Source: Iphione sp. A-MEVVRFRX5 (Eukaryota). From it: a stretch of DNA of 64,000 nt. Of the stretch, positions 1-12,670 are shown one piece after another (the first letter of the stretch is position 1; each line of letters begins with the position of its first letter). Location of the stretch: assembly GCA_976226885.1 (NCBI GenBank), contig OZ320313.1, forward strand, positions 58,094,001 through 58,158,000, read 5' to 3'. Below the pieces are notes generated by a model. The model did no database searches. It was not told the DNA's origin and worked only from the letters and a program-made list of their open reading frames with translations. The translations under genes were made by a program, and so were the position numbers.

Positions 1-79
1 GGTTAGAGAATACATGCTGTAGAGGTACACTAAGGGTCAGTTTCCTTAGATGCGTTGAGCTGCATTTGCCCTCCATCTG

Positions 80-325
80 CAGGGAAAAAGTGCCAAAAAA
101 CAGCTATTTCATGGAGATTTTGCCAAATTCCATGGAGAAAGTGCAAAAATAAATGGCTATTTTATGGAAATTTTGGCAAATTCCATGGAGAAAGTGCTGA
201 AAAATGGCAAATTTCAGGGAGAAAGTGCCAAAAAATGGCTATTTTATGGAGATTTTGGCAAATTCCATGGAGAAAGTGCTGAAAATGGCAAATTTCAGGG
301 AGAAAGTGCCAAAAATGGTGAATTT

Positions 326-330
<5 letters not shown>
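80..330. repeat. Higher-order tandem repeat (~82-bp unit built from ~25-30-bp subunits)
   Basis: TGGCTATTTTATGGA(A/G)ATTTTGGCAAATTCCATGGAGAAAGTGCTGAAAA(A)TGGCAAATTTCAGGGAGAAAGTGCC starts at 154 and 236, with a partial copy upstream. Confidence 0.9.

Positions 331-376
<46 letters not shown>
331..376. repeat. (AG)23 microsatellite
   Basis: Read directly from sequence. Confidence 0.98.
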
Positions 377-379
<3 letters not shown>

Positions 380-1916
380 CTGTGCTTTAAGTGAGCCTTG
401 TAGAGCATGTACTTGATATATTGTCACAGCAAGGCTACACACTCGGCTGCGCCTTGTGCTAATCCCTGCTGTGACAATATATTGCGTACAACGCTCTACT
501 CGGTATGTATCTATCACATATTGTTGAGGGTATTTGGATTTTGAAGTAAGGCGTGAACAAATCCATGCTGGTCTTACAATTTCGATGATGTCACTTATAG
601 TTTTAAATCCATGTGCCTTTCTATGTTTGACATAAAACTAAACAGATATCCTTTCTATTGACTTACATGTACTAGCCTTCGGTGATTGCCACCCGATTAC
701 ATGTAACTCTATGACACTCCAACTTAAACAGATTAATTCAATTGGATTTGTCGTTTACACATTCACACACTCTTTGTCTTGAATGTCATTTCTATTAAAA
801 AATGACTAGCCACCCACTCTCCTATGGGATTGAGGTGGCTTGCCTCATCAAAAAATTTAATTTGAACAGTCTCCCCTTTTGGTAGACCAATGACGGTTAA
901 CCCCTTGGCTGGTGCCGATCTGTACCACTCCCGCCACATTGTATTGACTCACTATTTCTCTTTGAAAGTGTTCCCGAGGTGGTACGTGGTCTACTCACCA
1001 TGTCCTCTGATCTAGGTGAATGACACTCATCACAAGGTCTGATTTAAGACTCTACTCGTCCTCCTACGAGCAATAACTGCTTGTACAATGTCCTCAGAGA
1101 TCTAAGAGACTTGGTACTGGAGTGAAAGATACCCGCTCCCTTCGCCCCTGGGCACTGGGGAGCTCTACCTGCACCTCGAATCATCAGTTCCACACTGCCT
1201 ATATTACAGAGGATAGTCTCATATTTAATCTGCAGATCCTTATATAACTAGAAACAAGGTATACGAGAGACAAGGAATGGTAATACATCATGCCCTTTTC
1301 CCTTGACAAATGATTGTAGGTGGTAACTGGTCATGGAATCTGTACGATGAAGAAAATGATAATGGTGACCCAAAGTTAGTTTCAACTTGTAGTGCATTGT
1401 GTTATCTACCTACAATATGATCATAAATAAGAGGAAGCAATAATTTACAGTGTTCAGTTTACAAGGTGGCATATCCGTAACGCATTTGTAACTTTAAAAG
1501 GCTGTAAATAACAAAATACAATCCTCATATTGCTCATGAAGCGAAACAGGAGGAAGGCCAGTCTTCTTTACTCCGCTTATCAAGTATTCTAACAGAATTC
1601 TAGATTTCTTTATATCATTTCCATAGAAAAGCGTATATAGTATCTGCGAATACGCGAATATAACACTTCTTTTGATTGGAAAATGCCCAGACAATTAATA
1701 AATATGTGTGTATCACCTGTTTTTCAGTAATTATCTGGGTACTTACTATGCATGTGTAACTAAATGTCCTTTTCGGCACTCATTGCATATGGTATTCTGT
1801 AATGATTTAGGCCCTGTTTCCATACCTGCTGAGTGATGTGGGAGACTGCGGGAGGTGTCCAGGTGCAGCGAGGTACGTTTATATTTTTCCCACAGTCTCC
1901 TGCACCCTTCCACACA

Positions 1917-2135
1917 GGGGTGTCCTCTGACAACCAGTGCAGGCCAGTGTGGACCAGTGCATTTTATGACTAGAAAATACGAAAATGGCAAAAAAAATGC
2001 CCAAAATTGGCTTATTTCATTGAAACTGGGCTGGAAATGCCTTATTTCATGGAAATTCAGATGGAAAATGGCAAATTAGATGGAAATTGGGCTGAAAAAT
2101 GCCTTATTTCATGGAAAATAGGACAAAACAGGGAC
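1917..2135 (+). repeat. Dispersed copy of the 80-330 repeat family
   Basis: TGGGCTG(G/A)AAATGCCTTATTTCATGGAAA occurs twice (~61-bp period), plus GAAAATGGCAAATT; preceded by GGGTGTCC. Confidence 0.65.
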
Positions 2136-3989
2136 AAATGCCACACACAAATTTTGGGAAAAGACGACATTGTGTGTGAATGTTTGTAAATGTGCAAAAT
2201 TCGCATTCAGAAGTGAGGAAATGTGAAGAAATATGAACAAATAGCAGTGCATTGCTGTGTGTTGCTGTGCATGTGTGACAAATTATCAGACCCAGTTCAA
2301 AAATGGGCAATGCACATCAATGCACATGCACACCTCACACACATAAGGAAACCCTCCCATTGAAATCAGCGTGATCAATAAAAACACAGACAAACACTGA
2401 TGAATGCACACAGACTTTGCTGCATTTAAGGAAACCGGGCCTTATTCCTGTGCACAGAGGCCTAAACTGTATGCAATCAAGGGTTTGCTAAGGTTATGTT
2501 GGTCATTCAAGCATATTTGTAACATGCAAATGCAGTGCCCATGATCCGTTTAGGAGCGGTTTGTTTGAACAGCTCTTCTTTACTGTGATTTGCTGTAGAA
2601 GGCAATTTCAGAAACGATGCCATGAAGCAGAATTAATCATGCGTGTAAAGACAAGACATCCTGGAAAATCCCACTACACCCAGAGGTGGAGTTGACCAGA
2701 GCTAAGAGGTTGTGATAATTACTGCTACAGGATGCTACCATTGTATTTGATTTTTGAAAGTTGACCAGAACTAAGAGGGTGTAATAATTATTGCTTGTTG
2801 CTTACCATTTGACAGTTGTAATAACCAGAGCAGACTGGTTGTGATGTCCTACTATGATGCTATGTGAGGTTACTGTGCTATGATCAAACTGTGGGGACAC
2901 TCCCCTCCTTTTAGAGGAGGGTGGTTTTTTGTGTAAACGTACTATTCTGGGAAGGTCTTTCCAGTACACAGGGAGTGGGGACTATTTAATGAGGGGAGAG
3001 TGTAGAGGGAGCATTTGTGTGGGGGGTACCACAAGTTAGTGGAGCAGAGACGCTTGGTGGGATGTACCTACTGACCTCCGCGAGGGTCTGGGAAGCGTTT
3101 ATGTATGGGGAACCCCAGTTGGAGTGGAGTTGCTCACAGGATGTACTCACTGACCTCTGCAAGGGTCTGGATTTTGGGGCACCCCAGGCCCAGGGGAGTG
3201 TTTGATGTACCGAGTGAACCCAGGACATAGGAGTAATTGGGGTACCCCGAGCCGAACAGGGTTTAGGGGGTGACCTTGGCCCCTAGATTCCCAGGTACTG
3301 GTTATGTTACTGTAAGCTGATTGGTGCAGAATGACAACACTAGAGACATTATATACATTTTATTCCATGAAAAGATAAATGGTTGTTGCATCTTGTGATC
3401 ACATGACCTATTGAAGTAGTATCAGTTTGCACTTGGATTACCTTTGTGGCACTTGTTCTTCTGGGGAACCTTAGCAACACATAACCATTGGAGCTAGGGT
3501 ACATGGACTAACCCTAGTGGATTATACTAAGCCAGGACTACAGCAGCAATAGCTGGATACAACCAAGTGGAGAGTTAACCATGCAGTTTACAATATCTTA
3601 GTAACAAAACATACATAGTTGTAAATTTGGTAACCAGTGAAATACGAAACATATACTTCAGTTCCTTGTCGTCTACGCCTGCTTAATTTGCGTTCCCCCA
3701 TATGTTTCCACGCGTCAAAAGACTCAATTAAGGATCTTTCTACCAACAAGCCAAGACCCATGTAGACAGGTGTGCACGTACAGACACGCATACTCTCAAT
3801 TACAAAAGCCTTTTGTCAACACAGGAAGGATGAAGATGGATGTGTACATCAAAAGGCAAATAGGACGTCCGACACAGCAGCATACGTGATATTATATCAG
3901 AGAAAGGCGCGTAAAGAATGGTCGAAGGGGGGAGCACAGTCATGACGTCCGTATTCAAATAGAAAATGGAAAATAGTCAATAGTAAGAC

Positions 3990-5650
3990 TAGGGAGAGAG
4001 AGATAGAACGGAACTTTAGAGAAAGGAGAGGAGGTCGAACAAAATGCCTCCTGTATTGCTTAGAGGTCCCTAACATAGAGATTAAAGATTTCCTCGCATA
4101 TTTACGGTGACAGAAAGTCGATTTCTTCGCTTTTGCGCCACCCCTTGAAGCTGGGTGTGAATGGGTTGCTTTTAGAATGTTTAAAGCCAAACAGGGCGTG
4201 TAGCTGTTGAGGAGAGGCAGATAATTCGATACTCTACTCTTGAGTACTGTGCCTTAACAACGGTCGCCTGTAATGCTTATAAATACATTGCTTCTCCTCT
4301 ATATGCTGGAAACCTTGGTGGTACCTTTGGTTTACAAATCTGAGAAATAATGTCTAATTTAGCATTTCATCCTTTAAAGCTTACCTGCATAGTAATAGAT
4401 ATGAAGTATGGACATATCATTAAAGAACAATTTTGTGACATTGGTATTATTAGCTATTTCACTGTTTGGTATCATCAATATAGCATGATATTGATGACTG
4501 GGTATGTTCATGTGACGCTGTAAGCAATAAGACATTCAAACACCAGGTTATCATCCCAGTTGTAAGTAGAGAACTGGAGGCTCAAATAAGTCGAGGGAGA
4601 TTATAAATAACATTGTATACCTGTCAAAATACAAGTCAAGGCTTTAGCAGCGGTAGCATCGGGACTTAACTTGTTGTAGGAATTTAGAAGAGGGATACAT
4701 ATACAGTCCACCAGCGCTTACTAAACATGCCATTGCCAAACGAGTTTTGAAAGATTTTCAAAGTGGAGTGATAGGAATATTGCGATACAGTTTGAAGTTT
4801 CCATGTTGAATTCTGGATTATTAGATGGTCAAATCCCCCAAAAGGATAACGATTAAACTAAGAATCACGATTGATTTAGTCCTGATAAATTACCCAGAGA
4901 AAATTGACGTATCTCTTGACACAACGACATTTAGTGATCATTATTCCCTTTAGGTTAAATTACATTTGTTTGTACCCAGGGTTGGAAGTCAGGCAAGGCC
5001 TTACTGACAATATAAATAAAAAGCTTTAATGGAATATCAAGGAGCCATTAGTTGGTACCATTTGAATAAGTCAGTAGTGTGGATGTGAAATGGCAACATT
5101 TTAAGGCATGGTAACTAAGGTTTTGGATCTATGTTCCGTGAAGCGTATAAAATTTAAAGACAAAACTAATGCATGGGGTGATGCTGACTGCAGTAAAGTT
5201 ATAAAAACAGAAATCGGTTATTCTCAATAGTTGTCAAGTCGAGAAGCATTGCAGATATGGCTTTGGCAAAAACGTATACTAAGCAGGTGGGGAAACTAAT
5301 AATAAAAAAGAAAGCAGATATGGATAAAGATTAACATGAATACGAGAGAGATGCTAAGAAATTTTGGAATGTTGGACGAAAAAGGTAAGGAAAAAGACAG
5401 TGAATAGAGTTGTTGAAAAGGATAAGGAAAGGGAATTGGAAAACGAGGAGGGTATAGCTGACCACGTATATAGCTATTTTGTTAATGCCATCGAAAATAT
5501 ATCAAAGGTTTTTTAAAAACCTGTTCTGAATGACGAAGATGATGAAGGAAATAGAAGCAACTTCTATTTTCAATTGATCACCGGTAAAGAATATTTGCAA
5601 GAAGTTAAAAACCTTAAAAACGCCCGAACCAAATGTGGAGAGATACTGTA
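3990..5650 (+). pseudogene. Old decayed LINE (probable ORF1 remnant, then end of endonuclease, linker and start of RT region)
   Basis: Fragments in shifting frames: IDLVLINYPEKIDVSLDTTTFSDHYSL (4870-4950, APE C-terminus), VLDLCSVKRIKFKDKTNAW, ERDAKKFWNV, GIADHVYSYFVNAI, FYFQLITGKEYLQEVKNL. Many stops and frameshifts. The ORF1 part is weaker. Confidence 0.65.
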
Positions 5651-7439
5651 GATCACTCACTACTGGTTGGCCCATGGTTAACTGTAAAGAACCTGGTTGA
5701 CTGTGCACATACCTCAGCGTGTGACCGTAGATTGTTCGTGAATCTGATTGCAGTCAATGAGCGTTGCTGTCTAAAAGAAGTATTCCTTTTTCTCTGGATT
5801 GGCCCCTGGTTTGTGTCTGGCCGTCCTATGATCGACTGCCTAACCGCAGCTACTCGAACCTGAATCAGGGGCAGGCATGTATATTTACGTCATCAAAACA
5901 CTAGTAGATACCATGTGGCATTTCTAGCAAATATCAGAACACTTCAATTAAGGAGGTTCGGCAAATTTTGGTCCTGCTCATCTAAGATATTGAGCTTGAG
6001 TCTGAAAAACGTAGTACGACCATGAACATGGGCAAAACATGGCCATACCCTATGGTTCATCCAGGTATAGGCCATAAAGATGATCATGGTGTGGCGCGAG
6101 GGCCAATTTTCCCTTACATCAAGTGCACTCATCTACCATTACCCTAGCCTCTTAGCCCCCTTGCCTCCTCACAACGCTTTGTTGCCATGCTCGGTCCATG
6201 TCTAATAGAAGTCTTCCTTGAGAGAACTGAACTAGTTTTTTGTCTAAGAAAGATGGGCTATTCTGTTATAGTCCGAAGGTCATCTTGCTTGCTAGCTATG
6301 GCTCTAAACAGATTTAATTTTTGATAGACCAACTGACCATCACTAGCCATAATCTATTCATTATCATGATATAAAAGGGACCATTCATGTGACTAAAGGT
6401 AACTGTTGTGATAAGCATATTAAATGCTGCTACTCAAAATCCTTAGCTGTAATTATAGAAATGTTTAGCTGTAATTGTAGAATGGTTTTGTGTTGGACAA
6501 TTTGCCATGCACGTAACATTATAATTCACTCTACCTCGCCATGCATTGCTACATACTATTCAGTTAAAAGTCTATTACAGCTGTTACAATTGATTATCAT
6601 GTCTGCTGCTATTCTAATCTCTTGTGTAAAGGCAGTGAGTGGAACATTTTGCTTGGATTTATTTGTAATCCATGTGGCATTGTAATTGATTGTATCAGTC
6701 CACTGTATTGGTGTTATTTGGGGCAGTATAGTACCACTGTGTCTATTGGGAGTGTCTATCGACATACCTAATGACTGGGAAATCAGGTTACACCACTTTC
6801 TACTTTTGTTTTTTTTGTATTTCTCAATTATCATTAATCTTGAAAATCTTTGCACTATTCATAGAGAAGATTAATAAACACAAATACAAATTTAATTAGC
6901 CTGCTGGGATTATGAATTTGAAAATGTAGGTTTGTAAATTTAGATTAATTTCTTTGAAAAAGGGAGTCGTTCACTTACTAAATTGCTCCCTGATATATAA
7001 AAAGTTCCCCCTAAAAGGGAACATCTATTTTCAAGGGTGGCGGCAGTCATGATGTGACAAATTATTAGCCAACATGTATTCTTAATATTTTTTCTAAGTT
7101 GAGAGATATGACTTATTTGGATAATAATGCTATTTTAACAAAACACCAGTGCGGATTTTGGCCTAAATTTAGTCCAGGGACTGCACTCAGCATATCAAAC
7201 AATGTCATATTTTGACTGTAAAAAACATTCATTTCCGTAAATCACCAAAATGGCTTACGTAAACCTGGGAATGTAGGCATAGAGAGGGAAGGCAAGTGGT
7301 TCAAAGACTACCTAACAAATAGAAATTAGGTTTGTAGTGCCCGCTTCTCAATAAAGACATGACTCCAGTTTAAACAGTAGAGATTTATTGCTGAAGGCAC
7401 AAGGTGTGTAGCAGGTAAGTCCAAGGAACTAACTGCCCA

Positions 7440-7660
7440 GTGGGCCAACTACCCCTTATATACCCCCACAACACAAGATGCCCATGCCGCATGCGGCCAC
7501 ACTGCATCCCCCTACGATCCACAATCCAGACAGTCTGATCCACACGGGCTCGTGCCACACTCCATAATCTGCAATCCACATGGTCCGATCCACACAGACC
7601 CGTGCCACTCAGCACGTGCCACATGCCACACGGGTCGGCCACACAGTGGCCACTACAGGT
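7440..7660. repeat. CCACA-rich degenerate minisatellite
   Basis: Recurrent GATCCACAC...CGTGCCAC(A/T)C and CCACAC motifs. Confidence 0.6.
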
Positions 7661-7689
7661 TGTTATAAGTTAATGGTTTTATTTCAAAG

Positions 7690-8497
7690 CAAGAATGTAT
7701 TGTATGTTGGTTCGCCCAGGGGTCTACCTTCAGTCCCCTATTTATTAGCAGTTTTTATCTCTATGACGACGGCATATATAACTGCAAGGTCCCATGACAT
7801 TGGTACTCTTATGAGGATTCTACGGGAGGAAGTAGATGTCTGTAAATGACATAATGAAAATATAATACTGATTAATACTGAGAAAATATAGGTGGTAGTC
7901 TTTCGCCTAGGACACAAACTTCAGAAACAGGACCAACTTGAACTTAAAATAAATGGAGAGTGCAAAAGGCAAGCACATGGATGCCAATATCTGTGTGTTC
8001 GGCTGGATGAACAAATGCAGTTGAAGCAATTTCAAATGAAGATAGTGACAAATTTAAACAGCCAAATTGATTTGCTTTATCGACTAAAATCATGTGTGAG
8101 TAGGAAGGTAATGGTCATGATGCTCAAAACCCATATCCATCCAGTGGTAGAGTATGGTTCCTTCCTACTCCAGAGGAACAGGCTTGTAATATTTAATAAA
8201 GTGGACATAGCTCTAAGAAGAATTAAAGGAATTATATTAAATGTATGTAGGCCAATGATACAAAATATAAAACTATTTGAGGTTATGGATACCCTCCCTT
8301 TAATTTTACGATTAGACAAACAAACTATTTTGATTAATGATCGACCGTTCATACTACAAGTAAGGAATACCCAACGGGATCCGATCTATCAAACCAAAGG
8401 GAGAAGATCTAGCACTGGTATGGCCGTGAAAATATGGCTGGAAAAAATAGTTTTATGTATAAATTCCAGGGTAAATACACACAATCAAAAAAAATAA
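7690..8497 (+). pseudogene. 5'-truncated decayed LINE RT C-terminal fragment
   Basis: Frameshifted PQGSTFSPLF motif near 7716, then QYLCVRLDEQM (YLG..LD-like), LLYRLK and LKTHIHPVVEYGS (I.P.LEY motif) in ORF 7892-8497. Confidence 0.7.
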
Positions 8498-10046
8498 ATA
8501 ACAAAATGTTTAGGTAATCCGGACAATATATTAAAGATATTGATTGGTATATTAAAAAAGGAAGCTCCGAACTTACATACTGGAAAAATACATAAAGGAG
8601 AATTATAGGGTATATATGTTTTTCTGTACCCTTTTCTCACACTGATACTCATTCACCTGTATCATTTTATTGTCTGTTTTAATATAATTGTGTAATTAAT
8701 GATATGTCTGTCTGAAGTCAAATACTGAGCGGTTGGGTAATTGAAATAATGATGGCAAAGCCTTGTATTGTTATGTACAACTGAAGGAGTGTAATTTATT
8801 GTACTAAATGTATGTGTGATGTTGAGTTGTATGAATGATTTGATTGTATAACTATTTTGTCTTGGATAGCATTCGTATCTGTACTGCCTAATTTTCCTTC
8901 TTTTTCTTTCATGTTAGATAATGAGCCCGCTCTAGTAAATACTATTGAATATTCTGTATTGTCCAAATATAGCTCACTAAATCACCATTATATTATCATT
9001 GTTTTGGAAGGCCTTGTTTAACCTGGGCACAATATATAGTTATATGTATTTACCACCCCAGAACTAACTAAAGAACTTCGAAAAATCACATCTTGTCAAG
9101 CAAACATTTACACATGGATTCCCTGCTGGTTCTCCATATTAGTACGCCTGAGATACAACATAAAGCCAAAAGCAGTTGAAACGTTGACAAATTTTTAAAT
9201 TATGCCAATGTCTAAGTAATTGGGTTACGCTTTATACAGATTGAATGATTATAGAAAGGCGACAGAATCAAGCATGCAATGGTTTTAAACATAAAATAAC
9301 GTATCAGTTAAACCACTTTCAGGAAGCATGATGTTGTAGGCAGCAGGCCTTTCCTCTAATAGATTAATACCTCTTTCATGTGTGAAATGCCACTTTCATT
9401 CACCTCACACGTTGCTCACACCCTTCCTATGTGCCAACCTTTTCATGTCTTGGTCACTTCTTGCGATCAAATTTGCCTGCCTAAGGCTTTAAATGTGTCT
9501 GTCTCTCCCCTGGTTGGGTCTCCCCTGTTGTTTGGTCTAACGTGCAGGTCATTCCATTTTCATTTCCATTATATCTTTAACCAGGAACTAGATTTATTAT
9601 ACTCCTATGCTAGGATTCTGTCAAATTATTGCATAAACATAATGAGTCCATATGAAGGTTCGTTCAGACCTAGGTCCATATGAATTCTTGTCAACTTGAC
9701 CATATTTTTTAAAATGGTGGACGTCTCTTGACTCGATTTTTGTTCAAAGGAATAGAGATAGAATAGACCATTTGGGACCAAACCAACAGAAAAATTAATG
9801 AAATAAATTATAAACCCACCTTCCAGATGTGTCTACATGCCATTTTGACCACTATTTCAATTTATTCAAAGACTTTTAGTCAAGGCTGTCATGCTCGCTT
9901 GAAACTGGAAATGATAGCACATGCCCGACCCAATTTCCAGTTTTTAGTGAACATGACATCCTCATCTGAAATTCTTCATATAAAATCTGAATATTGGTGA
10001 AAATGACATGGATAAGGTTGGTGTTTGACAGAGGAGTATATTAAAT

Positions 10047-10192
10047 AGAATACTACGACGCTGTGCCCATATAAATGGCAGTCTTGCTCACCCTGGAAGC
10101 CCAGACAGACTTCAGCCTGTGGGCTCGGTCTGTCTGGGCTTCCAGGGTGAGCTTGAATGGCCCTTTATATGGGCACACTGTCATAGTATTCT
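10047..10192. mobile_element. Palindromic (fold-back) MITE-like element
   Basis: Arms 10047-10110 and 10128-10192 are near-perfect reverse complements (AGAATACTA(C/T)GAC...GCTCACCCTGGAAGCCCAGACAGAC), separated by a 17-nt loop. TTAA lies near both ends. Confidence 0.8.
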
Positions 10193-11187
10193 CTTAATTC
10201 AGCTTTCATTTTAGCTGTTTTTCCATATCCTCCTGGGGTAGCATACTACCATCATTTATTGAGAATTAAGAGACCAGAACACCTGGGGTTGTCCCGTGCT
10301 ATTATTTTGAACAGGTTCCTGGGGTCTTTTAATGCATAGGGAGCAGAATCTTATAAACCCATGGAAATGGGAAATGTACAGTCAATTGGTCTGTTGTGAC
10401 TACAACGGGTCTCTCAACCAGTTTGCTCTCCCCCGTGATCTTGTCTTTAACTGGGATGCTACTGTACACATAATAAACATTTGATACGAAAATGGAATTT
10501 TATACATATAAATAATACCACTTGATTGAAAGCGTGAAGAACTCATTACTGTGAATTAACCGACGTAACTGACATCCAGGTACTTTCTTCTTTGTACTTA
10601 TTCATGTTACCGTCTCCTTTCTACTGCAGAGCAGTAACAGGGGCCGTTGGACCGCCATTTTTATTTTCTTTGCGACTACTTGTAATTCATACCATGCATC
10701 AAATCGGCATTCAGAAAATCATTCATTGTCTGCTTTTAATCAGCTTTAATCTCTTTCACGCCTCAACAACAAGAATGAGCCCGTTTGTAACAGTTTCATT
10801 TTCTATCATTCGGGCCACATATTTACACATGCATGTAGATGATATGGGCGTATTATCGATCTACCTTTACGTCATATGCTCTTATCTTTAATTTACTTTT
10901 CACATATATATTACATCCCTCTCGGCCTTCATATGTGCTTGCATTTATTATATTAGAAGCTTCTGTATTCCGTTTTTCCAACCGGTGTGTGTTCAACCTT
11001 TGCTCTCTAATACGCGAATTACCTTTTTTGCCGCAGACATCCATCGACAAATGTCCGGGAAAGTTTTTGTTTTGCTACTGAAGCCTGCCATTCAGACCAG
11101 ACTCTGACTAGGCTGTGTTCCTTTTTCACCACTGAAGATTCCCCGAGGGAGACCCGTCCCTCCTCTTTTCCTAACATATTTACTTAC

Positions 11188-11247
11188 CATCCCCGAAACT
11201 TCAAAGAAAATGCCTCCTGTGCCATAACGAAGTGAGCTCCACAAATA
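11188..11247 (-). CDS. Candidate coding exon (YLWSSLRYGTGGIFFEVSGM)
   Basis: 60 nt. Strong acceptor cttttctttaactttgcag and consensus donor ATG|gtaagt. Confidence 0.4.
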
Positions 11248-12601
11248 CTGCAAAGTTAAAGAAAAGGCCTTGCGGTGATCTAATTAGTGACAGGAGACGT
11301 ACGGATCACTTGCAACTTTTACAATATCCTCTGGTTACAAAGGGGATGGTAGAGGGAGCCTGCTGAGGGTCAAAACCACTGCAAGCTGCTTCCTTGTTGA
11401 AAGTGAGATGTACTGATGGCTGGATACACAGCGCCTCTATTAGGACACATTCGGAATGCATCTAACACACCATTCCTTAGGTTTCGTCATCACTGCCGTT
11501 TGCATTATAGGGGTTTGTATAGAATAAATGTGATTCGCCACTGCTAACAATTTGGCAAGTGAGGCGGAAGAAGATGCTGCCGCTGGTTATCTCCCTTCCG
11601 ATTCTCAGCATACAATGTTTTATGGCCGAGTGCTGTACAGGTAAGGACGTAATGCAGCCAGGGTAAAGGAAGGAACGGTGAATACAACTGCTTGTTTTTC
11701 GAGGCATCTTAGACCTTGTAGCCGGCAGTCATGAAGTAGCTAGTGGAAAATGCCATTACCTAAAGTGAGTGCCTTGGTTGGAATGATCACCACGGCTTTT
11801 CTCACAATATCGTGATGTGGCTGGGCTACAAGAGGGAGCCCTGAGAATACTTAATGTGACTGGGGCATGCACAGTGGAGGGGGAACGAGAAGATAATGGG
11901 ATCATCTGGTCTGTGCGTATAGACCTCTTCTTATTACTGGTACTAGCTGTTTTTTTTTCTTTTGTCGAAAACTCTTTGTGCCCTTACGAGTCTCTCATCT
12001 GCTTGTGTTTTACATTATAAATTTGTCTTGCACATTCAACAAAAGGTTGTATCAAATATGTATAAGAGACCATACCATTAAGGTCCCCGCTTCAATACAT
12101 TCATATTCAATCAGACCGAAAACACAAAAGCTGAGCTGCTGCCATTGGGGAAAAAAAGATGGGAAAAGAGGACAGCAGGATAGATTTTCAACGTGGATAC
12201 ATCCGTCTACGACCTCAATCTTTCCCAGTTGTATGCGCTCTTGTCCATATGGAACAATAGTAAAATTGGGATACTCCAGCTTGATACGATATACCAGGGA
12301 AAATGATGAGAGACGAGAGATGCACAAATACTCAGATGGAGTATTTCCTCGAACAGGCAGGCAAACAGCATAGGTTCAGCAGGTCAAAGTGCTTGTCGTA
12401 ATGCATACACTTGCCACAATGTTGACATAGTGATTATATGGACTGCACTACTTGACACTTGACAAGGAGACTGCGTTGGACTGGCTCGCCTGGTCGGCGC
12501 CCTCCTGATGCTTAGGAAACCTGTCGCCAGGCGACACCATCGGTCGCTCTACCGACACCAATGGCAAGGAAATTAGGACCCCGGTGGCCCATGTCTCATA
12601 C

Positions 12602-12670
12602 GTGCACTCTCCCAAGCGGCAACGTGTTGACACAGTATAATACAGCATGATTGTAATAAGCTCCTTCTGT
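12602..12670 (-). CDS. Candidate coding exon (TEGAYYNHAVLYCVNTLPLGRVH), phase-compatible with 11188-11247
   Basis: 69 nt, phase 0-0. Acceptor ttttatttcggatgttcag, donor CAC|gtatga. Confidence 0.3.

Noticed and set aside
55-517. ORFs of 75-92 aa at the window start
   Set aside because: They are translations of the tandem repeat and the (AG)n microsatellite.
5940-6400. Minus-strand stretch (LFRAIASKQ...IFLRQKTS) that might be another ORF1/NADAR remnant
   Set aside because: Too degenerate; no ordered motif set could be recovered by eye.
11188-11247. GGIFF resembling the coproporphyrinogen oxidase RGIGGIFFDD motif
   Set aside because: Flanking residues do not match and no other CPOX motifs were found.
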